NCBI GenBank assembly: GCA_963809695.1
Contig: CAWEKI010000010.1
Span: forward strand, 606,225-670,224
Length of the DNA: 64,000 nt
Direction: 5' to 3'
DNA from: an uncultured Bacteroidota bacterium
Lineage (GTDB): Bacteria; Bacteroidota; Ignavibacteria; UBA10030; UBA6906
A model generated the notes under the pieces. It did not search any database and was not told where the DNA came from. It saw only the letters and a list, made by a program, of their open reading frames with translations. The position numbers were made by a program, and so were the translations under genes. Numbering within the stretch: position 1 is the first letter of the stretch; each line of letters opens with the position of its first letter. Of this stretch, positions 35,618 through 44,986 are shown piece by piece.

Positions 35618-38600
35618 CTAGCTAGATAGAGCTTCCAGCATTTCCTGTGCATGCACCGCAACCATGCTCGGTTTCTGAAATAAAATATAGGCCATGTTGG
35701 CCGAATCCGTGCCCCATTTGTTTTTGTCCGATACGTTGATATTAGGGACCACGGTGGATTTGATAAAGCGCGTATCGGGAGGAAGTTGATCCCAGGCCAG
35801 ATCGTCCCAGGAGAGTCCATCGGTGCCTGGGTCGAAATTGATGTCCATGCCGAAGCGCGGCTCACCCGGGACTTCCTGAATAATGAAAAACCAGCCGAGA
35901 TGATCGGTGAAGCCCGGCGTCAGCTCGGTGCCGCGTGCTTGCTCGATCGTAAAATCAAACCCGAACAGTTTAATGTCCGGCGGCAACTCCGCCCGGTACA
36001 AGGGGAACTTCACCTCTGTAGCATATTCCTCTACAGTCAAATCGAGATCGATAACCGGCTCATCGGGGTTGTCACCGGCGATAGCCTTCTGCGCGAAGAT
36101 GACGGTGTTGGGATAACGCTTCAACAGATCGCCGCGCACTAGCAGCACAGTCTGTTCAGTATCACCACCCGGATCGCGATTATTATGCGTCCCCAGCAGA
36201 CTGTGGATAGACCACGTGTGGATCGGCTTGATGTCCTTGTATTCCTCGGTTAACTGGGCCTCGGCCTTGTCGGCGTTGGGACGAATGATTCCTTTGACCT
36301 CCCAGAACTGACGGAAGTAACTGCCCCGCACGTCCGTCGGATACTCACGCCACAGCAGTTCCCGGCCCATCTCATAATTCAATCCCACCAGATAGGACTC
36401 GATGAATTTCTGATCGGTTTTAAGCAGTGAAATGGTATTCGCCGGGATCAGCTTCAGATTCGGTAACATCAATTCACCGGAGATCTGCACCAGTGGTTTA
36501 TACATTGGGTCTTCAAAATCCGGATACGCCATGGCCTCATAGAAGTTTTCCGGCTCCATTAACGAAATGTAACCCGGGAAGCGGGTGAAATAGGACAGTC
36601 GATAGGGGAAGGATTTCGTCGGATTGATCGCGGCGCTGACTCTTTGATATGCGTTCGACAAGCTGAACTCCACTAACGGTACGACTGGTACCTGCAGGGT
36701 TAACCGGGTCATGAGGCCGCTCAGCGCACTCCGAAAATTCATGCCCTCCACACTGTCGGCACCGGCTGCACCGGGCGTAGCCGGTCGTGTCACGGCTTCA
36801 TCGCTGAGCCTCAGCGTGAAGCTCGGTTGTGCGGGTATGCTCGCAATGCTGGCCGCTTCCTGTTGTGGATCCTGCAATGCAGAGGCCGCATTATAATTCG
36901 CCTGTAGTTTGCCTGCATAGGTCCCCGCCGCCACGACGGCCGCCGCAATAACTGCAGTAACTAACCAGGCACCTGTGATAAATCCGATCACCAAGAGCAG
37001 CAACAACAGCAGGAACAACACAATCCGACTCTGTTTGATCAACCAGTTCGGGAGTGAAGAAGGAAAAATCCGATTGGCAAAATCCTGTGTGTCCGGGATA
37101 CCGGCCGGTGTTACCTTGGGCGGTGCCGCTGTGAGGCTGCCCGCGTTGACGCGAGTGACGAGGCTGTCGTAGTCAAAGCTGACATTCGCTCCAAACCTCC
37201 TGATGAACTTACCATTGGGACGTACCAGCCGGCGGAAGCTGCCGGAGAATACCGCCTCGGGCAAGCGACTATCCCGAATCTGCTGCAGTATCGTCGTCGG
37301 GCTACCCATGACGCGCGCGAGTACCGGTTTGCTGATGGCCAGCAACTTGTTTGGCGGGAGAGCAGCAAAGGTTTTTGCAGTGAATTGCATCGCGACTTTC
37401 ATATACAGGAGTGAAAGCCGAATGCGCCGGTTCGCTTCGATGACTTTGGTCACCTGCGCCCACGCTTTGCGCATGAAGTCTTCCTGATTGTCCTGCACCA
37501 CGCGCGTACCAAACCCGGCTGAGACTCGGGTGCGCGGGTCCTTGTTCAGATCGTGTACCCAGGTGTTTTGGGTGATGTCCAGTTTCACCACATCGGTCAG
37601 GCTCTTCTTGGCGTGATTGCCGCCGTAGAGTGGAATGGAAATCACGGGATCACCCGAGGTATCCGTGCCCACGATCTCGAATGGCAGGTTCACGACCTTC
37701 TGCAGTTCCTGCTGAAACGCGATTTCCGTAGGCGGATTTGGGAACACGGTGGACACTGTGGTGGGTGATTTTAGAGCGCCCTCCAATCCGATCAGTTCCG
37801 GTTTGGTTGCCGGTAACTCGCCGCTGCCATCGGCTTTAACAAAATCCGGTTGATGGCAATCCATGTCGCGGATACCGACACGCGGATCCATAGGGCGGGG
37901 CTCCAGCCTGCGCACCAGTGATTCGAAATCCGCGTTGACGCCGGTTTGGAAGAACCACTCATAGTAAACCGGCATCTCCCCTTTTGCGCCATTCGTATCC
38001 CAGGACGCCAGTTGCGCATAGATCGTCTCCGTCGGCAATTCCAATCCTGCCAGCCGTCCCGTTTCGAAGGCCGGGATCACAAAGGCGTAGTAAGCTGTGT
38101 TCGGTTCGAGTTTGCGCGGACTCATGAGGCGACAGTAAAGTTGATCCGGGTCGTCATTCATGGTCTTTCCAAGCGACAACAGGAAGCGTTCGTAGTCGGA
38201 CAATTCACTGTCTGGAATATCCGCGTTGCTGTGCACGTGGGACCACATCCAGGTTTCGTTGAATGGAGGAAACACATCCTGGCTTCGCAACTTGATCGTC
38301 GGCAAGGGCACGCGCCGCGCGCTGCGTTCGAATTCGTCCTCTTTCAATACCAGCAGTAATAGCCAGGGACGCAGACGAGTCCCTGCGGGGGCCGCCGGTG
38401 TATAGCGCCAGGCAAAATCTTCGTCGTAGAATTCGATGAAGGAGAGATAGTTGCTTTCGAAATCGGCAATCCAGTTCAACGGTTCGGTGCGCACCACCAT
38501 GTCACGATTAATGCCAATGATGTCGCCCGGCGCGATGAGCGAAAACGTCTTGGAGAGCCCCGAGCCGTTCAAGGTTACCCCGATGGGAACCTCTGCACGC

Positions 38601-38710
38601 TCGACGACGGTCGACGTCCCGGTACCCAGATCGTCTGACTCGGTGATGTTGTTGGCGATCCCTCTGCGGGCCCAGGAGTGAAATTGGTAGCGGGCGATCT
38701 CAATTGTCAT
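35618..38710 (-). CDS. Giant-operon gene 5: ~1030-aa protein of unknown function with a central TM hairpin
   Basis: I prefer the ATG at 38710 (GGAG RBS); the ORF-track start at 38752 is TTG. The N-terminus is MTIEIARYQFHSWARRG.... Two adjacent hydrophobic helices (IVLFLLLLLLLVIGFITGAWLVTAVIAAAVVAAG) are encoded at ~36915-37035. I recognise no catalytic motif. Confidence 0.8.
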   Translation of the reverse strand: MTIEIARYQFHSWARRGIANNITESDDLGTGTSTVVERAEVPIGVTLNGSGLSKTFSLIAPGDIIGINRDMVVRTEPLNWIADFESNYLSFIEFYDEDFAWRYTPAAPAGTRLRPWLLLLVLKEDEFERSARRVPLPTIKLRSQDVFPPFNETWMWSHVHSNADIPDSELSDYERFLLSLGKTMNDDPDQLYCRLMSPRKLEPNTAYYAFVIPAFETGRLAGLELPTETIYAQLASWDTNGAKGEMPVYYEWFFQTGVNADFESLVRRLEPRPMDPRVGIRDMDCHQPDFVKADGSGELPATKPELIGLEGALKSPTTVSTVFPNPPTEIAFQQELQKVVNLPFEIVGTDTSGDPVISIPLYGGNHAKKSLTDVVKLDITQNTWVHDLNKDPRTRVSAGFGTRVVQDNQEDFMRKAWAQVTKVIEANRRIRLSLLYMKVAMQFTAKTFAALPPNKLLAISKPVLARVMGSPTTILQQIRDSRLPEAVFSGSFRRLVRPNGKFIRRFGANVSFDYDSLVTRVNAGSLTAAPPKVTPAGIPDTQDFANRIFPSSLPNWLIKQSRIVLFLLLLLLLVIGFITGAWLVTAVIAAAVVAAGTYAGKLQANYNAASALQDPQQEAASIASIPAQPSFTLRLSDEAVTRPATPGAAGADSVEGMNFRSALSGLMTRLTLQVPVVPLVEFSLSNAYQRVSAAINPTKSFPYRLSYFTRFPGYISLMEPENFYEAMAYPDFEDPMYKPLVQISGELMLPNLKLIPANTISLLKTDQKFIESYLVGLNYEMGRELLWREYPTDVRGSYFRQFWEVKGIIRPNADKAEAQLTEEYKDIKPIHTWSIHSLLGTHNNRDPGGDTEQTVLLVRGDLLKRYPNTVIFAQKAIAGDNPDEPVIDLDLTVEEYATEVKFPLYRAELPPDIKLFGFDFTIEQARGTELTPGFTDHLGWFFIIQEVPGEPRFGMDINFDPGTDGLSWDDLAWDQLPPDTRFIKSTVVPNINVSDKNKWGTDSANMAYILFQKPSMVAVHAQEMLEALSS

Positions 38711-38789
38711 GGCGACATCCGTCTCCGATTTGATTCCGTACTGACTGTGCAATGGTATTCGTCATGTACCTGCGTCCTGCTTTTTACGC

Positions 38790-41700
38790 TCATGCGGCCA
38801 ACTCATGTTCGCCGACAATCTGGACCTTGCCGTGCAACGAGGGATCCTTTGCCATCAGTAGCGCCAGCGCATCGGCGGCTTCGGTGTAACTGCCGGCAAT
38901 GTTGCTGCCTGCGTGCTGCTTCATGTTACTGGTGCTGGCAATGGCAAAACCGTCTCCTTTGATCTGCACTTGATCCGGCGCGTTTGTGGACATGCGTTTG
39001 TTGCTGTACGAGAGTGAGGACTTAGCAACGGCACCGGCCCTCAAGTTGACCCGGAACAGGTCCTTCATATACTTGTAAATGCCGGCAAATACACGCAGCT
39101 CGCGTTTCTTGCGCAAATAGGTCATCTCATAATCCACACTCTTGTTGACGGTCGCGGGAACAATCAGCGTGGAGGTGCCCGCCAACTGGAAGCCACTCTT
39201 CATTTGCTCGAAGGAAGGCCGCGACAGTTTGGCGCTATCGGTTAAGGTCAGGAAATTCGCCGGGGCAAACAGTTCGGTGACGGGCTGGGTGAGCATGCCG
39301 GGATCCGAAGGATTGATTTCGAACCGGTTGGCATTCTTGGGCACCTTGGTGCCGAATTTGTTGATGGTGACTTCCAATGGCACCAGACGTTCACTGAAGG
39401 TCAGCACACCAAAGGGATGGATCACCAGTTTGTCCGAAGGCACATCCAGCTTTTTCAGACTCACATGCAGCTTATTGCTGTCCGGGATATCCGCCTTCCA
39501 GTTGCGATTGTCATCGATCTCCTGGGTGAGCCGCTGCAGCAAATCTTCGGACTCGCTGCTGACGGCATCGGGCCGGTCGCCCCAGGTCTCATGGAAGCTG
39601 ACAGTGATATCGAAGAACAAGATACTGAAGCTGGCCTCACCCTTCGCGTCCCAAGGCGTCGGTCCCGACAATTCCCCGGAGACGCTAATCCCCATGATGA
39701 CCGAACTGCCGCGGCGCAGCGCGAGACCAGCAGCGAAGTCGGCGATAAACTTGAACGGATCGAACTGGAACAGCAAATCAAAACCAATGAAGCCATAGAC
39801 ATTGAAGCCGCATGCCGCGGCATACAATTCCGCGCGGGCACCGAACTGCACCGTGTTCGAGGTCACCGCAAAATAACATTGGATGGTGATGCGCGGATTC
39901 TCGCCACTGAGCAGACTCAAGGTCAGCCGCGTCATGTTTTGCAGATCTGCGGGCGCTTCCTTGAAAGCCGGATGAAAACCGCCGACGCTCAGTATAAATA
40001 CCTTGGTGTCACCCCAGGATAGGCGAAAGGCCATGTCACCGGCCAAGGTAAACGTCAGCAAGCGCGAGTCGTACAGGCTGGCATCGAAGGAGATGTAGTT
40101 GTTCTCAAAGTCGATCACACCCAGGAAATTGACTTGCAGTCGCAACAGCGCATTTTTCTCATCCGGTAACAAGGCCTTGATGACGCCCAGGATCGCGAAA
40201 CGAGGCACCGGGATCTCCAACAACAGGCCTAGCTCCAAGGTGAGGATACTCGGTGTGCCCCAACCCAGTTTGCCCATGGGCATGATCAGGAAGCGACCAT
40301 TCAGTGGCGGAAATACTTGTTTGAGATCGCTAATAATGCGACTCATGTTGGCCACGACATCTGTCGGGAACAAAATGCTATTGAGGACATTGGTCTTGAT
40401 TCCCTGACGCAGCACGTCGACGCTGGTCGTGCGATTCAATCCCAACAACCCGCCTACGCCAAGAAGGGTGAAACCAAATCCCAGCTGGATGGGCGAGAAC
40501 TCCGCGGTGATGATTATCAGCAAGGAAAACCCGGGGCTGCCATCGGGCATTTTGGTATTGATTATGCCGACGGCCTTGAGATCGAACAGATTCTTAAACG
40601 ACAACTCCAAGGCACCGAAGTATTCACCCTTGTCCGGATCGAAATACAGGAAGCCACCGCCTTTGATCACACCTGTATCGAGTGATAGTCCCACCCCGTT
40701 GGGTGGTTTGAAATCGATCGCGTAGTTGATGAAACCCAGGTTCTTCGTGCCATTTGCCGGCAGCGAGAAGTTATGCAGCAGACCGATGCGCTCCACCGAC
40801 GCGCTGAAACCCAGGAACTTGGTGCTCATGCCGATGGAGGTTTCCATCAGTACGCCATCTTTCGTCTGGTTACCGCTGAGTTTGAGATAAAACGAATTCA
40901 GCAACAGCGGTCCCAGGGCGGTGTGCAAAGGAATGAACACGGTCAGGCCGGAGCCACCATCGACGTAGAAACCTTTTTTCAAGCTGTAGCCAAGACCAAA
41001 ATCAAAACTGCCGTAGATGCCTTTGTCCGGCAACATGCTGTTGAGAAAGCCGTCGGTCTTGCCTTTGACCAGTGCAAAGGCACTGTCTTTGGTCGCAAGT
41101 TTGACGTCCACGTCATTGTCCGCTATCGAGGCCTTAAGCTGGACCGAGGCGCCGCCGATTTTGAGATTCGTGCCCTTGGTATCGCCAATCACCAGGGGCG
41201 ACTGTTCACCATCATGTTCCAATTTGATGGTGGTGCGCAGGTCAACATCCTCCACCCCGTCCATAGCAAAAGAAAATTTCCACTCGCCGAATTTACGTTC
41301 GAATTTTCCACCTCCTGCCAGCAGTACCTCAATACCACCGCCCTGCTGGTTTTGCGGTCGCACCGCCATGGACACGATCATGGTGCCCGTGATTTCATTG
41401 CCCTCCGGATCCTTGACCTTGTAGGACAAGGACATCGTCAATGTTCTTTCCGAGATCAGATCCGCGACCGGCAACGTGGATCCAGGTGGAGGGTCAAATC
41501 CGTAGCTCACTTTCAGGTTGTCGCGGATGAAATCAAAGATGTAACTGAGTGCGGCGATCAGGATAAAGATCGTGTCAGACGCCAGTGCCGCTTCGTCGTC
41601 GTTTTCCGCATCAAAGCTGGTGAAGACCTTCTTGAGAAAGGCGGCGATATTCACCGTGAAATTCGAGATGCCACCGGAGGATTCCGCCAGTTCCTGGTAA

Positions 41701-42140
41701 CGATTGAGCGTTTTGCAGACGAGGTAAAAGGCCTTGGCAGAATTGGTCGTGGTATCACTCGTGGCACGCAGCCGCACCGCTTCCATCAGGTAGAGCTGTA
41801 GCAGCATGTCGAGAAAATCTGTGACGATCTCCGGATCATCGCCGTCCGTCACCAGGTGGATAAAATCATCGATAGCATTGGACACACTGATGATGTCGAG
41901 CACCACGCTGAGGAAGGCCTCGATATCGATATCCTCGTCGCTCTTGTCGACGTACTGCTGAATGCTGGCGAGGGAACCTGCCGGAATGCTGGGTGTGGAA
42001 CTGGCACCCGCGGTATTGAGTCCCAGCGCCTTGAGCACTTCAGTCTTGGCCTCCACATCCTGCAACTGTTGCGCGATGATCTTGAAGATATCGTTCAACC
42101 AGACGACGACAGATTTCAGTGCATTTTTAGTATCGGCCAC
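38790..42140 (-). CDS. Giant-operon gene 4: 1116-aa protein of unknown function (central/C-terminal region resembles DUF6603)
   Basis: GTG start 13 nt after the upstream stop. An acidic helical N-terminus is followed by a long Gly/Phe/Leu-rich beta-type region (..GGFLYFDPDKGEYFGALELSF.., ..VGGFHPAFK.., ..FDLLFQFDPFKF.., ..GPTPWDAKGEASFSILFFDI..). The DUF name is from memory. Confidence 0.8.
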   Translation of the reverse strand: MADTKNALKSVVVWLNDIFKIIAQQLQDVEAKTEVLKALGLNTAGASSTPSIPAGSLASIQQYVDKSDEDIDIEAFLSVVLDIISVSNAIDDFIHLVTDGDDPEIVTDFLDMLLQLYLMEAVRLRATSDTTTNSAKAFYLVCKTLNRYQELAESSGGISNFTVNIAAFLKKVFTSFDAENDDEAALASDTIFILIAALSYIFDFIRDNLKVSYGFDPPPGSTLPVADLISERTLTMSLSYKVKDPEGNEITGTMIVSMAVRPQNQQGGGIEVLLAGGGKFERKFGEWKFSFAMDGVEDVDLRTTIKLEHDGEQSPLVIGDTKGTNLKIGGASVQLKASIADNDVDVKLATKDSAFALVKGKTDGFLNSMLPDKGIYGSFDFGLGYSLKKGFYVDGGSGLTVFIPLHTALGPLLLNSFYLKLSGNQTKDGVLMETSIGMSTKFLGFSASVERIGLLHNFSLPANGTKNLGFINYAIDFKPPNGVGLSLDTGVIKGGGFLYFDPDKGEYFGALELSFKNLFDLKAVGIINTKMPDGSPGFSLLIIITAEFSPIQLGFGFTLLGVGGLLGLNRTTSVDVLRQGIKTNVLNSILFPTDVVANMSRIISDLKQVFPPLNGRFLIMPMGKLGWGTPSILTLELGLLLEIPVPRFAILGVIKALLPDEKNALLRLQVNFLGVIDFENNYISFDASLYDSRLLTFTLAGDMAFRLSWGDTKVFILSVGGFHPAFKEAPADLQNMTRLTLSLLSGENPRITIQCYFAVTSNTVQFGARAELYAAACGFNVYGFIGFDLLFQFDPFKFIADFAAGLALRRGSSVIMGISVSGELSGPTPWDAKGEASFSILFFDITVSFHETWGDRPDAVSSESEDLLQRLTQEIDDNRNWKADIPDSNKLHVSLKKLDVPSDKLVIHPFGVLTFSERLVPLEVTINKFGTKVPKNANRFEINPSDPGMLTQPVTELFAPANFLTLTDSAKLSRPSFEQMKSGFQLAGTSTLIVPATVNKSVDYEMTYLRKKRELRVFAGIYKYMKDLFRVNLRAGAVAKSSLSYSNKRMSTNAPDQVQIKGDGFAIASTSNMKQHAGSNIAGSYTEAADALALLMAKDPSLHGKVQIVGEHELAA

Positions 42141-42153
42141 AGATTTTACCCGT

Positions 42154-44814
42154 TTACGTTATCGACGGTGGTGTATCACTGGTGGGTTCCAGCGTGTTAG
42201 AAAACACAGTGTAGGCATCCGGGTCATCCGTCAGGTCATCGCTCGGCAACCAGTACCACAACTGCTGCGATGCCGTGAGATTGCCCGAGCCGTCCGTGGT
42301 GAATTTGATAATGCCCACGTTGTTGTCCCACTCCACGCGCCGGCCCACACTCTTTTTAAAGATGTCCACATGTCGAGCCAGCACCTTGCGGTATGCGGCG
42401 GTCGCATCTCCCGTCGTCGGATTGACATCCGGTGTAATCGAAGGTACCCGGATATTCGCCGGGCGTGCCGCAGCGGAGGTATCGTCCGGCCGTTGATCCG
42501 CGGCCAGCACCACCCGCCAAGACCATTCCGGCGGCTTATTCACTGTACTGCCCGCCGGCCAACCATCGGTGGGCAACAACACCGGTTCGCGGCGCAAGCG
42601 CAATCGGCTGATCGCCTGATTGGGTTTGCTAGCAGGATTCGTCACCTGCAAGCCTGCACGATGCGCCCAACCTAAGCGTTCCGCCGGATAAAACAGTGTG
42701 CCCAACAGCTTCTGCACAAACCCGCTCATGAGAAACTTCTCGTTGTTGAATTTCTGGTTTTTAAGGCCACTGGAGACGTACTGAATAAAGCGTGTCGGCC
42801 TGGCCTCGCCTTGCTTCCAGTAGTCGAGGGTTGCCGCCAGACCGAAATGGATATCGCCAGAAAGGAATACCACGCGTTTGAACTTTTCCAGGCGTTGCAG
42901 AAATTCCTCAAACACCGGAGGCGCAAACGACCACGGTTCAGGGTCGGCTTCATATTTGGAAAACACGGTTACCGTCGGTTGCAGTAATTCTTCGATCAAC
43001 CCCAGCCCCAACACCGGTGCCGGTGACACGAAGATCAGGAATTTTTCCGCCTGCGGGTCCGCCGGGATCTGATCATCCATGGCGCTCTTGGACAACAGAC
43101 CGGGTGGACTGTAGCGGGTGTCATAAGTGCGGCGCGTACGGGTATCCAGCACATAGGTGGTCGTTTCGCTGGAAGGAACCGAGTAATGCCACCAGACCGG
43201 CGGAGGTGTTTCATCATGCAGATTGAAACCAAACAAGACATCGATGACATCCGTGGCGGACGTGACTGGCCCGGACGTCCCGCTTGGGAACACGAGTGGC
43301 AGTTGGTTCAATAATTCCGCTTTCTGATCAGTGCCTGCCTCGCGCCAAATCACAGCACCATCGCCGACGTCGACGCCTTTGGTTGTCGGCCAAGCGGGTT
43401 GTGCCCCACCACTTAGTCCCCCCTGCTTCGCAATATACAGATGCCCATTGGCCGCGGTCGGTCTGACGTAATCATTCTGCGCGTACGTTGTGGCTGCCTT
43501 CCATGCCGGCGCGCTATAGGATGCCGGCAGGTTGCCCCAGTCCTGAAACAAGGTATACGCCATAAGGGCATTGCGAAGGATATTCACACCCAAGGGCGCC
43601 GTCAGCACCTTGTCCCGCCAATCCTTGGTGATGTACCAGTCGTCGGTGACTTCGTGATCGTCCAGGATCATGTACACCGGCACGTTGGCTAACACCCGCC
43701 GCACCTTTGGCAGCTGCGCGCGAAACGTGAGGACTTGTTTTAACTCATCGTCGAAATCGTCCTGCAGCTTCTCTTTGATTTTCGCAATGCGTTTCGTTTT
43801 GTCTTCCGGCTTCTCGTTGGCGTATTTTTTTTGTTCGTCTGCGTCCAACGGCGCCAGGTCCTGTTCGACCGTAGTAAGGGGATCGGTGTCCCATATTGCG
43901 AGAAAACCCGTCTTTGCCTTGAGCACCGAATCCTCCGCGTACAACTCCGTCGACCACACCACGTTGTTCCAGCCCATGAGATAGGTCGCGGCAAATTCGC
44001 CGAAGGACAGCAAATGGTTTGCGCCCTCGCCGGTGGAAAACTTGGCATTGTGCGTGACGATGCGCTGCCGGCGCGACGCCGGGAAGTTGGCCATGGTGGT
44101 GGGATAGGCTCCGCTCGTGCCATCCTTTTTTTTCACGGAAAGATCTTCTGTCAGCCCCAATAACTGATTGCCCAAGTCATTGATGTAGGGCAGAAGCAGG
44201 GTGGGGATTTCATCGGAGTAGATTTGATCACCGGTCAGAAACAACTGATGCGGACGCTTGTCTGGATCGTTGTCGTTGATGGCCTGCTGGATCAAGGTAT
44301 CCAGCACCGCCAAGGTGTCCTTGCCGGGACCGTGCATTTTGCGGCAGGAACCGTGTGCCAGGTTGAGTTTGTCGATAGTCACCGGCGGCAAAACAAACGA
44401 TGGCAGAAAACCGGGCTTATACCCCAGGGCCAGATTGGGAGCGGGATCCGTCGAGCTGGGAAATTTGTCGAGCAACAAACCGAGCGATTTGAGATCCGCA
44501 TTGCCGGAGGCTGGAGTGAAACTCAGATTATAGGAATACAGTTTTCCCGGAAACAACGGCGCGGCGGGCGCAGGCAGATTGATGGTGACCAGTGCAACAT
44601 GCAGCTTCGAACCCATGCGCAAGGTGTGGAGTGAAGCCGTGTACAAGACTGGATCAGTGGGAGAATACAAAGCGGTGTCGGTCCCCGTTGCGATCACCTT
44701 ATCCCAAATGCTCAAGGTCACATTGGCTTCTTCAGCAAGCGCAACCCAGACCGACACCGAACGTGCGGTGACGCGGCGGACGATGGGACCGGCAAGAATT
44801 AATGGTAGCGTCAT
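42154..44814 (-). CDS. Giant-operon gene 3: PhoD-like metallophosphatase-domain protein (~886 aa) with large insertions
   Basis: I prefer the ATG at 44814 (GGAGAG RBS); the ORF-track start at 44832 is TTG. PhoD-type motifs occur in order: LILAGPIVRRVTARSVSVWV (N-terminal sandwich), AHGSCRK, FLTGDQIYSDE, ILDDHEVTDDW and FLSGDIHFG. Confidence 0.8.
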   Translation of the reverse strand: MTLPLILAGPIVRRVTARSVSVWVALAEEANVTLSIWDKVIATGTDTALYSPTDPVLYTASLHTLRMGSKLHVALVTINLPAPAAPLFPGKLYSYNLSFTPASGNADLKSLGLLLDKFPSSTDPAPNLALGYKPGFLPSFVLPPVTIDKLNLAHGSCRKMHGPGKDTLAVLDTLIQQAINDNDPDKRPHQLFLTGDQIYSDEIPTLLLPYINDLGNQLLGLTEDLSVKKKDGTSGAYPTTMANFPASRRQRIVTHNAKFSTGEGANHLLSFGEFAATYLMGWNNVVWSTELYAEDSVLKAKTGFLAIWDTDPLTTVEQDLAPLDADEQKKYANEKPEDKTKRIAKIKEKLQDDFDDELKQVLTFRAQLPKVRRVLANVPVYMILDDHEVTDDWYITKDWRDKVLTAPLGVNILRNALMAYTLFQDWGNLPASYSAPAWKAATTYAQNDYVRPTAANGHLYIAKQGGLSGGAQPAWPTTKGVDVGDGAVIWREAGTDQKAELLNQLPLVFPSGTSGPVTSATDVIDVLFGFNLHDETPPPVWWHYSVPSSETTTYVLDTRTRRTYDTRYSPPGLLSKSAMDDQIPADPQAEKFLIFVSPAPVLGLGLIEELLQPTVTVFSKYEADPEPWSFAPPVFEEFLQRLEKFKRVVFLSGDIHFGLAATLDYWKQGEARPTRFIQYVSSGLKNQKFNNEKFLMSGFVQKLLGTLFYPAERLGWAHRAGLQVTNPASKPNQAISRLRLRREPVLLPTDGWPAGSTVNKPPEWSWRVVLAADQRPDDTSAAARPANIRVPSITPDVNPTTGDATAAYRKVLARHVDIFKKSVGRRVEWDNNVGIIKFTTDGSGNLTASQQLWYWLPSDDLTDDPDAYTVFSNTLEPTSDTPPSIT

Positions 44815-44986
44815 GGTCTCTCCATAGAGCAAACGCCGGCCTGCGTCTTGTCGTCAGCGAACGGGTTCGTCATGTTGCTGATCTGTCGACCTTGACATGT
44901 CCTCCTGTTGCTCACATTGGTCCGCCGCCCATTGTGCGCGCGAGCACTCACGTTCACACCTTTTGAATATAAGTACGGCAAAACCG

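Noticed and set aside
40773-41801. Long plus-strand ORFs lie inside the giant operon (40773..41801, 342 aa; 41962..42675, 237 aa; 44897..45514, 205 aa; 39417..40022; 46995..47441). Similar ORFs lie opposite other large genes (6082..7053, 7120..8037, 30159..31340, 56195..57145).
   Set aside because: They lie antisense to much longer ORFs that have clear motifs. They are Arg/His/Gly/Gln-rich with no recognisable motifs, RBS or signal features. These are typical shadow ORFs of GC3-biased genes.
44833-44986. The only sizeable spacer inside the giant operon contains AGGAGG followed by a 14-codon mini-ORF (MSRSTDQQHDEPVR).
   Set aside because: The RBS-to-ATG spacing is only 2 nt and the peptide is tiny. 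I saw no strong hairpin or promoter-like element either. I treat it as a plain spacer or a possible internal promoter pending data.
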